From Macrostomum lignano (lineage: Eukaryota): a DNA stretch of 64,000 nucleotides. The notes below the pieces were generated by a model. It saw only the letters and a list, made by a program, of their open reading frames with translations, did no database searches and had not been told where the DNA came from. The stretch is taken from contig NIVC01003562.1 of the NCBI GenBank assembly GCA_002269645.1, positions 27,137-91,136 of the forward strand, given 5' to 3'. Shown here piece after piece: positions 26,601-36,339 of this stretch. A program made the translations under genes and the position numbers. The number at the start of each line of letters is the position of its first letter. Position 1 is the stretch's first letter.

Positions 26601-29600
26601 CAGCTGGTCGCGGATCAGCGAGTCCCGGAGGCCTTCGAATTTGCAGCAGTCCGCGGTGTTGTTGAGCCGCCGCAGCCAGTCGTCCAGGGACTCTCCGGTC
26701 TGCTGGGTGCACAGCCGGAACTGGTAGCGGGTGAAGGGCAGGTTGAGCTGGCTGGTGAAGTGCTCATTGAGAGCCTTGATGAGCTTGTCGACGTCATCAC
26801 TGGTGTCGGCGAGTCCGGCTGCAATGGCCTGCAGGTCCTCGCCCGCTGTGTATAGAAGGAGTTGGCGAAGTCGCTTCTTGTCAGAGATATCAGCAGCCGC
26901 GGCGAACAGCTGGAACTGAGCCAGCCACTTGTTCCACTTCGTATGTGCCGCATGAGGCTCTTCGCGCAAGTTCAATGTGGGTGGTGTGGGTAGGCTTGCT
27001 TGCGACGCCATTGTAGTGCGCTTGTGTGCTGAGAAAATCATGGTCTCATGGACCGTATATTTGAGCTACTATATAGTATCACTGCCGACGTGCGGCTACA
27101 ATGTTACGCAATAGTTGAGGGACAAGTGGCAGTGCACGTTGGTCGAGAGGGCCATGGTTAGTCATCACAGAAGAGTACTAGTAAAGGCATAGATTGGGCG
27201 TACACTACAGTATCCGAGTTTAAGGACATAGTTTACGAGCTATAAATTATGTTGTCCATTTTTTCTTGTTTCCCGACTACTAAAGGACTTGAAAGAATAA
27301 ATTTTATGGTTTTGACGCAATAGATAAAATCCGAACAATAAAAATAAATAAAACTCACCACTCTCCCATCGGGCAGTTCAACAGACTCTCCAGCTTTAAG
27401 TTTTTTAGCCGTTACGCCATCTTTGAGCATGGAGCTAAAATATACAGGTTAAGAAAACGAAACTTAAAGATCTGGGAGGCTGGCCCAGCGACTGAGGATC
27501 TGGGAGGCTGGCCCAGCGACTGAGGATCTGGGAGGCTGGCCCAGCAACTGACACTCTGGGAGGCTGACCCAGCAACTGAGGATCTGAGAGGCTGGCCCAG
27601 CAACTGAGGATCTGAGAGGCTGGCCCAGCAACTGAGGATCTAAGACTACTAAGAGGCTGGCCCAGCAACTGAGGATCTGAGAGGCTGGCTTAGCAACTGA
27701 GGACCTGAGAGGCTGGCCCAGCAACTGAGGATCTGGGAGGCTGGCCCAGCAACTGAGGATCTGGGAGGCTGGCCCAGCAACTGAGGATCTGGGAGGCTGA
27801 CCCAGCAACTGAGGATCTGAGAGGCTGGCCCAGCAACTGAGGATCTGGGAGGCTGACCCAGCAACTGAGGATCTGAGAGGCTGGCCCAGCAACTGAGGAT
27901 CTGGGAGGCTGGCCCAGCAACTGAGGATCTAAGAGGCTGGCCCAGCAACTGAGGATCTGAGAGGCTGGCTTAGCAACTGAGGACCTGAGAGGCTGGCCCA
28001 GCAACTGAGGATCTGGGAGGCTGGCCCAGCAACTGAGGATCTGGGAGGCTGACCCAGCAACTGAGGATCTGAGAGGCTGGCCCAGCAACTGAGGATCTGG
28101 GAGGCTGACCCAGCAACTGAGGATCTGAGAGGCTGGCCCAGCAACTGAGGACCTGAGAGGCTGGCCCAGCAACTGAGGATCTGAGAGGCTGGCCCAGCAA
28201 CTGAGGATCTGAGAGGCTGGCTTAGCAACTGAGGACCTGAGAGGCTGGCCCAGCAACTGAGGATCTGGGAGGCTGGCCCAGCAACTGAGGATCTGGGAGG
28301 CTGGCCCAGCAACTGAGGATCTGAGAGGCTGGCCCAGCAACTGAGGATCTGGGAGGCTGACCCAGCAACTGAGGATCTGAGAGGCTGGCCCAGCAACTGA
28401 GGATCTGGGAGGCTGGCCCAGCAACTGAGGATCTGGGAGGCTGGCCCAGCAACTGACACTCTGGGAGGCTGGCCCAGCAACTGAGGCTCTGGGAGGCTGG
28501 CCCAGCAACTGAGGATCTGGGAGGCTGGCCCAGCAACTGAGGACCTGAGAGGCTGGCCCAGCAACTGACACTCTGGGAGGCTGGCCCAGCAACTGGGGAC
28601 CTACACATCTACTGAGAAAGAAAGTATATTAAAACAATTTTAAACCTAACTCACACAGGAAAGTTCATTTGAACTGCCTTGAGCATGTCCAGCTTAGCAG
28701 GCAAAGGATTTGGCTAAAATATTTAGATTAACAAAAATTAAAATTGTTATATCATATAGCAAAGTTGAACAAAATTATTATATAAAAAACCAATTACCTT
28801 AAACAGATAGCAATAAGATTGAGCAGTAGCTGAAATCAAGTAGTATGATAAGTGAATATAAAAAACTTTTTTTTATTTCACAAAGAATTTCTCCATCAAA
28901 GCAAAAACACTCACAAGCGGTGCACCTGGCATTCAAGCTGGCGACTTGAAATACAGGATCGGCAAAGTCCGAGGACGCGTTGTACTCTTAAAAGAAAAGA
29001 AAGTACAAAGAGAGACATTAAGACAATATAAATCAGTCCTGAAGAGCTACTAAGTCATCGCTTACCGATCTTCATCCCACCGGGCGAATCAGCAAACTTC
29101 GACATTAAATTATTGACTTCTTTCTGCAATCGATATTGGTAAAACTGTGTATAGATATAACCCATCACATGCCTAACGATTAGAAAGTCAGGGTTGCTGT
29201 ACACGCTGTGGTTGACACAAGATACGGTGGTTTTTAGAGATAAGACACAGATATACGTATGGTCACGCTACAGTGGGGGTTGCAGCCTAGTGGTTAGAGG
29301 GTCGCACTCATGACTGAAAAGGTCGGGGGTTCGATTCCCGATTCCCACTGGAACAATTTGTGTCCTTGAGCAAGACACTTGACTCTGCATTGCTTTGTTC
29401 ACCCAGCTGTAAAATGGGTGCCAGCATTAGCTGTGGTAATTGAGGCTGTGTGTGGCGACCCCCCAGTCCTTGGACTGAACAGCCGTACGCAGCCTTCAGA
29501 TGCGCTGCGCAATAGCTGCGGCTGAGCTGTCGGTTGCACATCTGCCCATTAGGGCAGGTGTAATTAATTAATACTATTATGGTTACGAAATTCATATTTC

Positions 29601-30417
29601 CCAATTTAAATATCTAGTAATATTAAAGGTTATTCAATAACTGAGACTTGAAAGACCTAAAACATTACTTGAGCCTTTAATTCAATGGATGTGAGGGGGG
29701 TACAGCAGTGGAAAAGAACGAGTTTATCCAGTTTCCAAGCTTTTGTGAGGGGAACTTTGAAGTCTATCAAACAAGAGATACTATCCGATCACAATCCGTC
29801 TGCACACAATATATATTAATATTAATACATACATTAAATACAAGCAGCTTACAACAATGGGTGGGCCGTGCAAGTTCACTGCAGACTGCAGACCAGCTCC
29901 GCTAATGTTCAAACAGGTGCCTAAAAATATAACAATAATCTATTATATCTTAACTAGCACTGCGATAATGCAAATGATTTATTGCCATTGCAATTTGTGC
30001 TCACCAATGATTCCCGCGCACAGATCCCATTGATTTCCAGTAATAAATATGTGCGATATCTTCGAGAACTTGGTTCTAGAAAATTTAACAACACCAATTA
30101 TCAGTTCAAGAACAGGTGATAAAACTTATTAAACATAATTTATAGGCGCATACCCGGACTCTTGCAGCACCCGTGAGATGCCCTCAGGCGCATTAATTAG
30201 GTAGCTGAAGTGTATAAATATGATTATTATGCAAGATAAAAAATTGCAAACATATTGTTGTATAATTGAAGCTGCTAAACGCAGTTTTCCTTCAGTCGAT
30301 AAATATTCAATTAAATGATAAATAGATAGGCAGATAGATAGAAAGATAGATAGATAGAGATAGATATATAGATAGATAGATAGATAGATAGAAAGATAGA
30401 TAGATAGAGATAGATAT

Positions 30418-30502
<85 letters not shown>

Positions 30503-30507
30503 GATAT

Positions 30508-30584
<77 letters not shown>

Positions 30585-30661
30585 GATATATAGATAGATA
30601 GATAGATAGAAAGATAGATAGATAGATAAATAGCGATCTATATCTATTTAGATAGATAGAC

Positions 30662-30699
<38 letters not shown>

Positions 30700-30875
30700 A
30701 AGATAGATAGATAGATAGATAAATAGCGATTTATATCTATATAGATAGATGATAGATAGATAGATAGATAGATAGATAGAAAGATAGATAGATAGATAAA
30801 TAGCGATTTATATCTATATAGATAGATAGATGATAGATAGATAGATAGATATATAGATAGATAAGCAGACAGGCC

Positions 30876-30919
<44 letters not shown>

Positions 30920-30920
30920 C

Positions 30921-30983
<63 letters not shown>

Positions 30984-31010
30984 CACAGACAGACAGACAG
31001 ACAGACAGAA

Positions 31011-31067
<57 letters not shown>

Positions 31068-31068
31068 C

Positions 31069-31107
<39 letters not shown>

Positions 31108-31132
31108 CACAGACAGACACACAGACAGACAC

Positions 31133-31207
<75 letters not shown>

Positions 31208-31684
31208 CACAGACAGACACACAGACAGACAGACAGAGAGACACACAGACAGACAGACAGACAGACAAACAAACAGACAGACACACAGACACACATACAG
31301 ACAGACATACAGACAAACAGATAAGGACAGCAGATAACCAGACATTGATAAATTATACTGACAGAAACAACTAGACAGATATGAGTAAGTGAGCAAATGT
31401 AGCTACGAGTACTACAAGACAAAATTGACAAATGATTTACTTCAGCCTCACCTATTATGAGCTGTGACAACAACCAGACTCTTCTGTGGCGACAGAACAC
31501 TTCCACTTGAGAGGAATATGGTAGAAATGATTGGCGAACCAATAGCAGCCATGGCTGTGTCAACAGGGCCAACAAAGACTTGTCTTTTTAATTTAAATGA
31601 CAAGCCTGGTCTTTGTCTAACCACCAGAGATAATAAATTCTGACAGGCAAGTTGATTAAAACAATGGAGAAATTTTCTTTGCAT
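8613..31684 (-). CDS. ELAC2: Long-form RNase Z (tRNA 3' processing endonuclease), 18 exons, about 895 aa: 31452-31684, 30154-30204, 30005-30075, 29853-29920, 29066-29123, 28915-28986, 28798-28829, 28655-28713, 27359-27434, 23982-24214, 15366-15528, 13994-14162, 12929-13289, 12166-12307, 11217-11386, 10858-10966, 9556-9735, 8613-9053
   Basis: Motifs appear in the expected order: [15 protein letters not shown]; ISHIFIT; exosite [13 protein letters not shown]; [16 protein letters not shown]; LLDCGEGT; SHMHLDH (metal-binding motif II); IVYSGDT; LLIHEATF; KKHST; LTHFSTRY. All junctions are GT-AG and phase-consistent (2688 nt total). The donor of exon 12 (13994) is the least certain. Confidence 0.93.
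9190..9500. repeat. Degenerate intronic minisatellite, 17-bp unit (ATCTAATCTCACTGCAT)
   Basis: CTCAC at 9244, 9261, 9278, 9295. Confidence 0.8.
9783..10825. repeat. Intronic minisatellite, 24-bp unit with 26-bp variants (GAGTGGATTAACTCACGATTCTTA)
   Basis: About 42 near-identical copies between ELAC2 exons 16 and 17. Confidence 0.95.
11450..12010. repeat. G-rich intronic minisatellite, about 44-45-bp unit (GGAGGGCGGATTTGAGGGGCGGATTATGGGGGAGGGTAGATCAT)
   Basis: GATCAT recurs every 44-45 bp. Confidence 0.88.
12410..12885. repeat. Intronic minisatellite, 28-bp unit (CTACCTACCTGTTTATCTACCAATCTGC)
   Basis: About 16 tandem copies. Confidence 0.9.
13370..13960. repeat. Intronic minisatellite, about 15-16-bp unit (TTCGAATCTTCACAA) with about 32-bp dimers
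   Basis: Tandem degenerate copies between ELAC2 exons 12 and 13. Confidence 0.85.
14200..15325. repeat. Intronic minisatellite, 44-bp unit (GACTCCTGACACATTGTTAACCTACACCTGACACTAATGTCTAT)
   Basis: About 25 copies at 44-bp spacing. Confidence 0.95.
15677..23898. repeat. Large 20-bp satellite (AGACACCTCAGACCGCCATC) filling ELAC2 intron 10, interrupted by a foldback element at 18212-21000
   Basis: Hundreds of near-identical copies, with recurring variant blocks containing TTAAAGTGCCATC and 9-bp-deleted units. Confidence 0.97.
18212..21000. mobile_element. Non-autonomous foldback-type DNA transposon with very long inverted arms and TTAA target duplication
   Basis: TTAA at 18208-18211 and 21001-21004; removing the element restores the satellite unit GACACCTTAAAGTGCC. 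Termini CAGTAG...CTACTG. Left arm 18212-19582 is the reverse complement of right arm 19806-21000, around a 223-bp AT-rich spacer. Arms contain 151-bp subrepeats. No transposase. Confidence 0.9.
24230..24815. repeat. Intronic minisatellite, 22-bp unit (TAGTGTCCGAGTTTAGGTGATA), the target of the LTR element insertion
   Basis: GTGTCC at 22-bp spacing; one more partial unit resumes after 27209. Confidence 0.88.
24821..27209 (-). mobile_element. Internally deleted Ty3/Gypsy LTR retrotransposon with two identical 198-bp LTRs (24821-25018, 27012-27209)
   Basis: TG...CA LTRs identical by eye; 5-bp TSD GTATC (24816-24820, 27210-27214); PBS TGGCGTCGCAAG after the 5' LTR and PPT GGTTGGGGGAGAGA before the 3' LTR on the minus strand. 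Confidence 0.95.
25524..27011 (-). CDS. Gag-protease ORF fused in frame to the pre-integrase linker; RT and RNase H absent
   Basis: Mag-like gag ([31 protein letters not shown]-like, LIRDQLIAG), two zinc knuckles (second is canonical [14 protein letters not shown]), protease [10 protein letters not shown], then [19 protein letters not shown]. Past an in-frame TGA the frame continues AHQGQFG...FWWPGM (start of the integrase Zn finger). Confidence 0.88.
   Translation of the reverse strand: MASQASLPTPPTLNLREEPHAAHTKWNKWLAQFQLFAAAADISDKKRLRQLLLYTAGEDLQAIAAGLADTSDDVDKLIKALNEHFTSQLNLPFTRYQFRLCTQQTGESLDDWLRRLNNTADCCKFEGLRDSLIRDQLIAGCSSEQLRRKLLAMDNVDLAQAVRVARAMEAAEAQASLMETSAATVQRLRKRESSPPEQPQRSATQAADRTQPKCIHCGNFGHRSCSAALGKTCNRCGKPNHLAKACLSRPEDVRALRVGSDSSGEEDDVFCLTVMASDKNATVALATVLVEATPVQVLVDSGADCNILTEAAWRELPGPPGLQPTTKKIFSFRSAKPLRTVGACSLQVSVGSMVRRASFIIVPGTGTSVLGRATSTSLQLLSLGTQARAPARETTSLSDSLNAQPVQDNVPLQQLNSVKSAPEGPTIKSVRDATAGDPALTFVMQALATGNWRSGATAQAGSFHSLKDELQVRDGVLLRDNRIVVPAALQQQTVS
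27470..28598. repeat. Intronic minisatellite, 28-bp unit (CTGAGGATCTGGGAGGCTGGCCCAGCAA)
   Basis: About 40 copies between ELAC2 exons 8 and 9. Confidence 0.95.
29275..29580 (+). mobile_element. tRNA-derived SINE with CORE-like central domain, copy 1
   Basis: A box GCAGCCTAGTGG, B box GGTTCGATTCC, central TGTGTCCTTGAGCAAGACACTT...CAGCTGTAAAATGGG resembling the MIR/CORE consensus, AT-rich tail; second copy at 56809-57064. Confidence 0.8.
30320..31325. repeat. Compound microsatellite (TAGA)n then (CAGA)n in ELAC2 intron 1
   Basis: Direct reading. Confidence 0.97.
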
Positions 31685-32420
31685 ATTATTACAAATTTAT
31701 AAGCATTTCAGTGTTAGCAGCACTAACCATGCAAAGAAATGTAATTATTTATAAAAATGATTTATTACAAAACTGGAGCATTTTGCTATACCTTTTAAGA
31801 TTTGCATCATGCATTTAATAATAAAAAAGCCTTTTTGATAATCCTTTACTTTGAAGACTAATGAAAATTATTGTATAAAAACCTTCTAACCATGCAAGTA
31901 ATAATTTGCTTGGTACCTAAAAGACTTAGGCAATTATAAACGTCACTAAGTGTTTGATTTCTAAGACTGAAAATTAATTAAGACTTTTATATTTATATTT
32001 AAACTGCACATTCTAAATTTATACTTTGGTTGTAAACTTTTCTTTTCAAAAACAAAAGTAGCTATATAAGCAAAAATAGTTTACTTAGTTAGTTTCCTCT
32101 AATTTTCTGCATACAAAATCCCTAAATCTGCTACCTAAAGGATGTAAAAATAAATTTTTCAAAAGCCCTCCTAAAATTCAAAACTTTTTCTAAAAGCTTC
32201 CATGTGCATTAAGAACCTTTGAAGTTCTCTGAGGACTTTTATAGTATTTGCCATTTAATAAAACATTAAGCAAAATTATGATGCAAAGGCCAAACCAAAA
32301 ATTAAGTATATGAAGCATACAAACAAGGAAAGAATTAGATGTGAAATAATCTACCCATGAGAAGTGTTTATAAAAAAATACTTATAGTAGAGGAGAAAGA
32401 GGTAAAGGAAATATGAAGTT

Positions 32421-32996
32421 GTGAAAACTCAAGACATAGGCCCAAGGGACTTCCCGCAGCCCGGGTCCCGCTATGACCAGCCAGGGTCGCCGATGTCGCT
32501 GGTCGAAGGCATCCCGTCGCCGCGAGCCGGCCACGAGGAGGCGTCCGAGCCAGCAGGCCTCTGGGAAGGCCTGGCGGAAGCGCTGCGTGGCGAGTTACCT
32601 CGCGCTCCGCCGCCCACGCCGGAGGAGCCACCGCAACGGGCTGACATCGGCACCCAGACGAGCACCCCAGGGCCAGCTCTACCCGCCGACGAGGGACGTG
32701 CGGCGCTGCTGACCGCCGCCGCTTGCCTAGCGCGCAACCTCCTGGTCGACGCGGCTCGACACGGCCACTGGCCCCAGGTGTTCGCTGGTCCGGTATGGAG
32801 CAGCCTGCGCTGGACGACGATGGAAGAACGCTCGGCCCTACTCGAAGAGGCCGTTCGTCTGGGCGGTCCAGACTTGCAGCAACCGAACCGCCCGTTCGCT
32901 GTACACCTGGCGGCGACTGAGATCGCCCGGCATCTCGGCGGCAGCGAGGCAGAGCTGCCGGCGGCCCTGGCCCGGCCGTCGACGCGGTATTTGTGA
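32421..32996 (+). CDS. GC-rich orphan ORF (191 aa from GTG, about 167 aa from the first ATG) upstream of a PPT and LTR; probable retroelement accessory ORF
   Basis: Open GC-rich frame in an AT-rich context, about 350 bp before the PPT at 33339-33346; no recognisable domain. Confidence 0.4.
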   Translation: MKTQDIGPRDFPQPGSRYDQPGSPMSLVEGIPSPRAGHEEASEPAGLWEGLAEALRGELPRAPPPTPEEPPQRADIGTQTSTPGPALPADEGRAALLTAAACLARNLLVDAARHGHWPQVFAGPVWSSLRWTTMEERSALLEEAVRLGGPDLQQPNRPFAVHLAATEIARHLGGSEAELPAALARPSTRYL

Positions 32997-33346
32997 AACG
33001 AGGAAAAGCTGCATTTTAACCATGGTTTATTCAGGTTAAGGTGTTCTCGCCAACCCAAAGCTCACTCCCAGTTAGGGATGCAGGTGCCTCCACGCGTGCT
33101 TGAGCGCCCTTTTGTAGTGGACTGGTGCCCCACATCAACATTTAGGCGTTTAATAGCGGGCCAACGCCCCCGCGGTACGGGCTTCATCTTTTATGGCCTT
33201 CGCCCAGCCAGCATTATGCATCCTTCGCCGTCATCCTCTAGCCGCAGCATTTTGCATCGCATTAATTTTCATTAAAACTTGCATTTGTTCTCTTTTAAAT
33301 AAAGCACGCGCCGCTTCACTCCGCCTCTTTATTTGAACGGGGAGAG

Positions 33347-34404
33347 TGTAGTGAGTCGCTAGTTTAGTTAGGCGCCGCACTAGTCAGCTGTTGCCCTCGC
33401 CCCCGCCCTGGGCTTCTGTCTGCCGCTGGGCAGTTGCCTGTCCCTTCCCGCCTGTCCTCTGGCCTGTCCTCTGCCCGCTTGCCTGTCTGTCTGTTTGTCC
33501 TCGTTTGCCCCCTTTTGCTTCGTTTTCCCTTTTTGCAGTGCCAAGACAGCTTGGTCTGGCCTGCCTCTGTTTTGTTCTCTGGCATCTCCAAATTTGGAGT
33601 GCCATTCTGTTTTCCGGTCCCACGGTCACGAGTGCCTTCACTTGTGGGCCTTTTCCCCTTGTCATGTGAGCCAGTCACATGATAAGGCCTTTTTCCTTCT
33701 TTAGTCCAAAGTGCAATGATTTCATCATTGTACGCTGGGCTCGTGTTTATGGGGAGATCACGTGCGCCCGGACCCCCTTGCCTCCTCTGAGGCAGGGCCC
33801 GCTTGTTTGTTGCTAAAAATAGCAACAGAGTCACCCATGACTCTCAGCGGGGGTCTTTCGTGCTATGGTGCAATCGATTCTCCCTATAAATGCGGCCCCT
33901 CTCATGGCTTGGCTCAGACAAGCGTTTCAGCTTTTCCGCGTTTCAGCCTTCCGTTTCTGCGTTTCCGCGTTTTTCCGTATTCATTTCACCTCTCCGCCGT
34001 TTCGATCAGCGCGTGTGCTAAAGTTTAAACTCCAAGACTCCCGACTTTGCGCGTGACTGCCTCTGATTGTTCCTGCTATCAATTAGCAGGCCAGCTCGGA
34101 TCGCCCGGAGCTAGCACTTTTGCTCTCACCCCGCACCAGCCCGGCAGGGACTGCTGACAGTGGGCACCTCTGCGCGAGAACTGCTAAATCTGCACGAAGT
34201 GCGAGTCTCTTTCTCTCGTCTTAGTTATTTGCTTCTACGAGCTCAGCACCTCACCGAAGGCTGCGACTCTACGAAGCTGGTGGCAACATTACCTATGCTA
34301 CGAGAACTACTTTCTAAGAAACCGCCAACTCGAGGTCACCGACCAGGAGCCAGAAGATCTGCTAGGACACCTCTAGAAGCTATCGAGGAAATAACAACAC
34401 TTCA
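33347..34404 (+). mobile_element. Single LTR of about 1.06 kb, with a PPT immediately upstream and a tRNA-Leu-type PBS immediately downstream
   Basis: GGGGAGAG|TGTAGTG at 33339-33353; CACTTCA|T|TGGTGGCAGCG at 34398-34416; imperfect terminal inverted repeat TGTAGTG/CACTTCA; TATAAAT near 33885. Confidence 0.7.
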
Positions 34405-34729
34405 TTGGTGGCAGCGCTCCTATAGAAGGCCTCTAGACAACAGGCAAGACACCTATACTCCAATAATAATATTAATAACAATAATAGTAATAATATTACT
34501 AATAATAATAGTAACTAATAATTATTAACATTAATACCACCATTAATATCTAATCTATTTCTTGCTGTTAAGGATACTGAGTACTCCCTAAGATGAAAAA
34601 TGAAAAAATGAGATTATACACTTAGTAAATCCTCTTTTGTTATATATTATACAACTATGCTTAGCCTTAGTTTAGTATATAGAATGACCTATTTAATATA
34701 TAGGTTAGACACTGATAAAAACAGAAATA

Positions 34730-36339
34730 TGAGGGGTGTTTGGAAAGTAGTGTTACTTTTACTTGTAGACATTTGATTAGCTGCATTGATATAAATTTGT
34801 TATCATTTGAAAATGGCAAGTCTCTTCTTTAAAATGACTTAAACTGTGATTGATTTAGATTTGTATTTTAAAAGATATGTGCATTTAAGTAGAGAGAGAT
34901 CAGTTATAGACTTAAAGAAAATCAAATGAGCTTAATTGTTAAAATTATCATTCTGCTCAATAGCTATCGATTTTTTTGCATGCATGAGTTGTTTTATAGT
35001 CAAATGTGGCACAGTAAAAGCTGATGTCATTCTTTCTGTCTGGCCCAGCACTATTGTGCTACACATATTCACCATTAAATACTATATACTTCTGATAGCA
35101 TTCGATCAGATTGTCAAACCCAGCCTTCCAGAAGCTGGAGTCCAGCTGGTGCAGCAATGCATTAGTGGCATCAATGACCTGATGTGTCATAAAAACTTGC
35201 CAACGCATTGGCAACTTCATTGGACCGAAGAGATGGAAGTTGGCAATTGCAAGGTTGGGGCTGTAGGCTGGGTGACTTAGCTGACAAAAGCCCAGCTCTT
35301 ACACCTTGGTGCAAGTGTGAGCAGCAGCATGCTGATGCACATTGTCCCAAAGGATGAATGGCTTCTGACGCATGATTTGGTGCTTGGATAGAATGGCAGC
35401 ATGCATTTGCTTTAGCTGGTTAATCACATAGTTGGCATTGATTGTCTGGCCCTGTGGCGGGTAGTCAACGAGTAGCACGCCTCGCGCATTGAACCATACT
35501 GTGCACATGATGTTCTGGGTCCAGGCCAACTTCATGACCTTTGTGTCTGGGTGCCGTCCCTTTGGCCCCCACTGCATTGACTACTGCATTGACTGTCAGT
35601 GGATTAAACATTGGCAGCGGCATCTTGTCCATTGTTATTACAAGCTCCTAGCTTGAACTTCTCATCACCAAGCTCATTCCATACAGCCTAGTTGTCTGCC
35701 GAATATCGCACCCGTGCTTTTTGTGTTCTTCTGTCAGCTCTCGTGGCACCTACTTAGTACAAATCTTTGACCAGCCGTGGCGTTGGAGAATGCAACTCAC
35801 AGACGAGTAGTAAATACCACACATTCTCCACTTTACACACATATGCAGATGGGTTTACCTCCAAATATTGGAGCACAGCAGCCACATTGTTGTCATCTGT
35901 GCTGGAACGTGGATGGCCAGAGCAAGCAGCATCAGCGATGCTTGTTTGACCATCAGCAGCAAGTTGGTGGTGGGCAAACACTTGTGTGCAACCCATTGCA
36001 TGATCACCAAAAGCAGTACAAACTTTGTTAAAAGTCTGCATTGGTGTCTTACCCATGTGTTGACATGCCATACAAGCTAATGAAATGATATTGACTTTTT
36101 TTCAAACCAAAATCTGAGTGGTTTTTTGGTCAGCTCATTCTCCGAGTGAAATTGTGTGAAATAACATAGACCCTCAGGCTTAACTTGGCTCTAATGTAGG
36201 CTGTGTTTGTCCTAGTCATGCAAAATTTTAGCCTGGCACTTATAAATAACCAAATAGTTTATGGATGAAAGCTCATCCAAATCTGATAAGAATTGTGCTT
36301 TAGCGAACACTAGTCTGGAAACTTTTGCAATACCCCTCG
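34730..36339 (-). mobile_element. Degenerate mariner (DD34D-type) transposon
   Basis: TA-flanked imperfect TIRs (TGAGGGGTGTTTGGAAAGT / CGAGGGGTATTGCAAAAGT). Broken transposase: GKTPMQTFNKVCTAFGDHAM, SGHPRSSTD, MCTVWFNARGVLLVDYPPQGQTINANY, WDN, YSPNLAIANFHLFGPMK. Confidence 0.88.

Noticed and set aside
27412-28608. ORFs of [21 protein letters not shown] repeats; likewise the ORFs over 2504-3354, 4601-5038, 8271-8573, 9817-10978, 11736-12096, 12269-12835 and 30648-31575
   Set aside because: All are tandem repeat or microsatellite translations with no splice or homology support.
29275-29350. Possible tRNA gene (anticodon loop CTCATGA)
   Set aside because: The acceptor stem pairs poorly and the sequence runs into a SINE body shared with a second copy.
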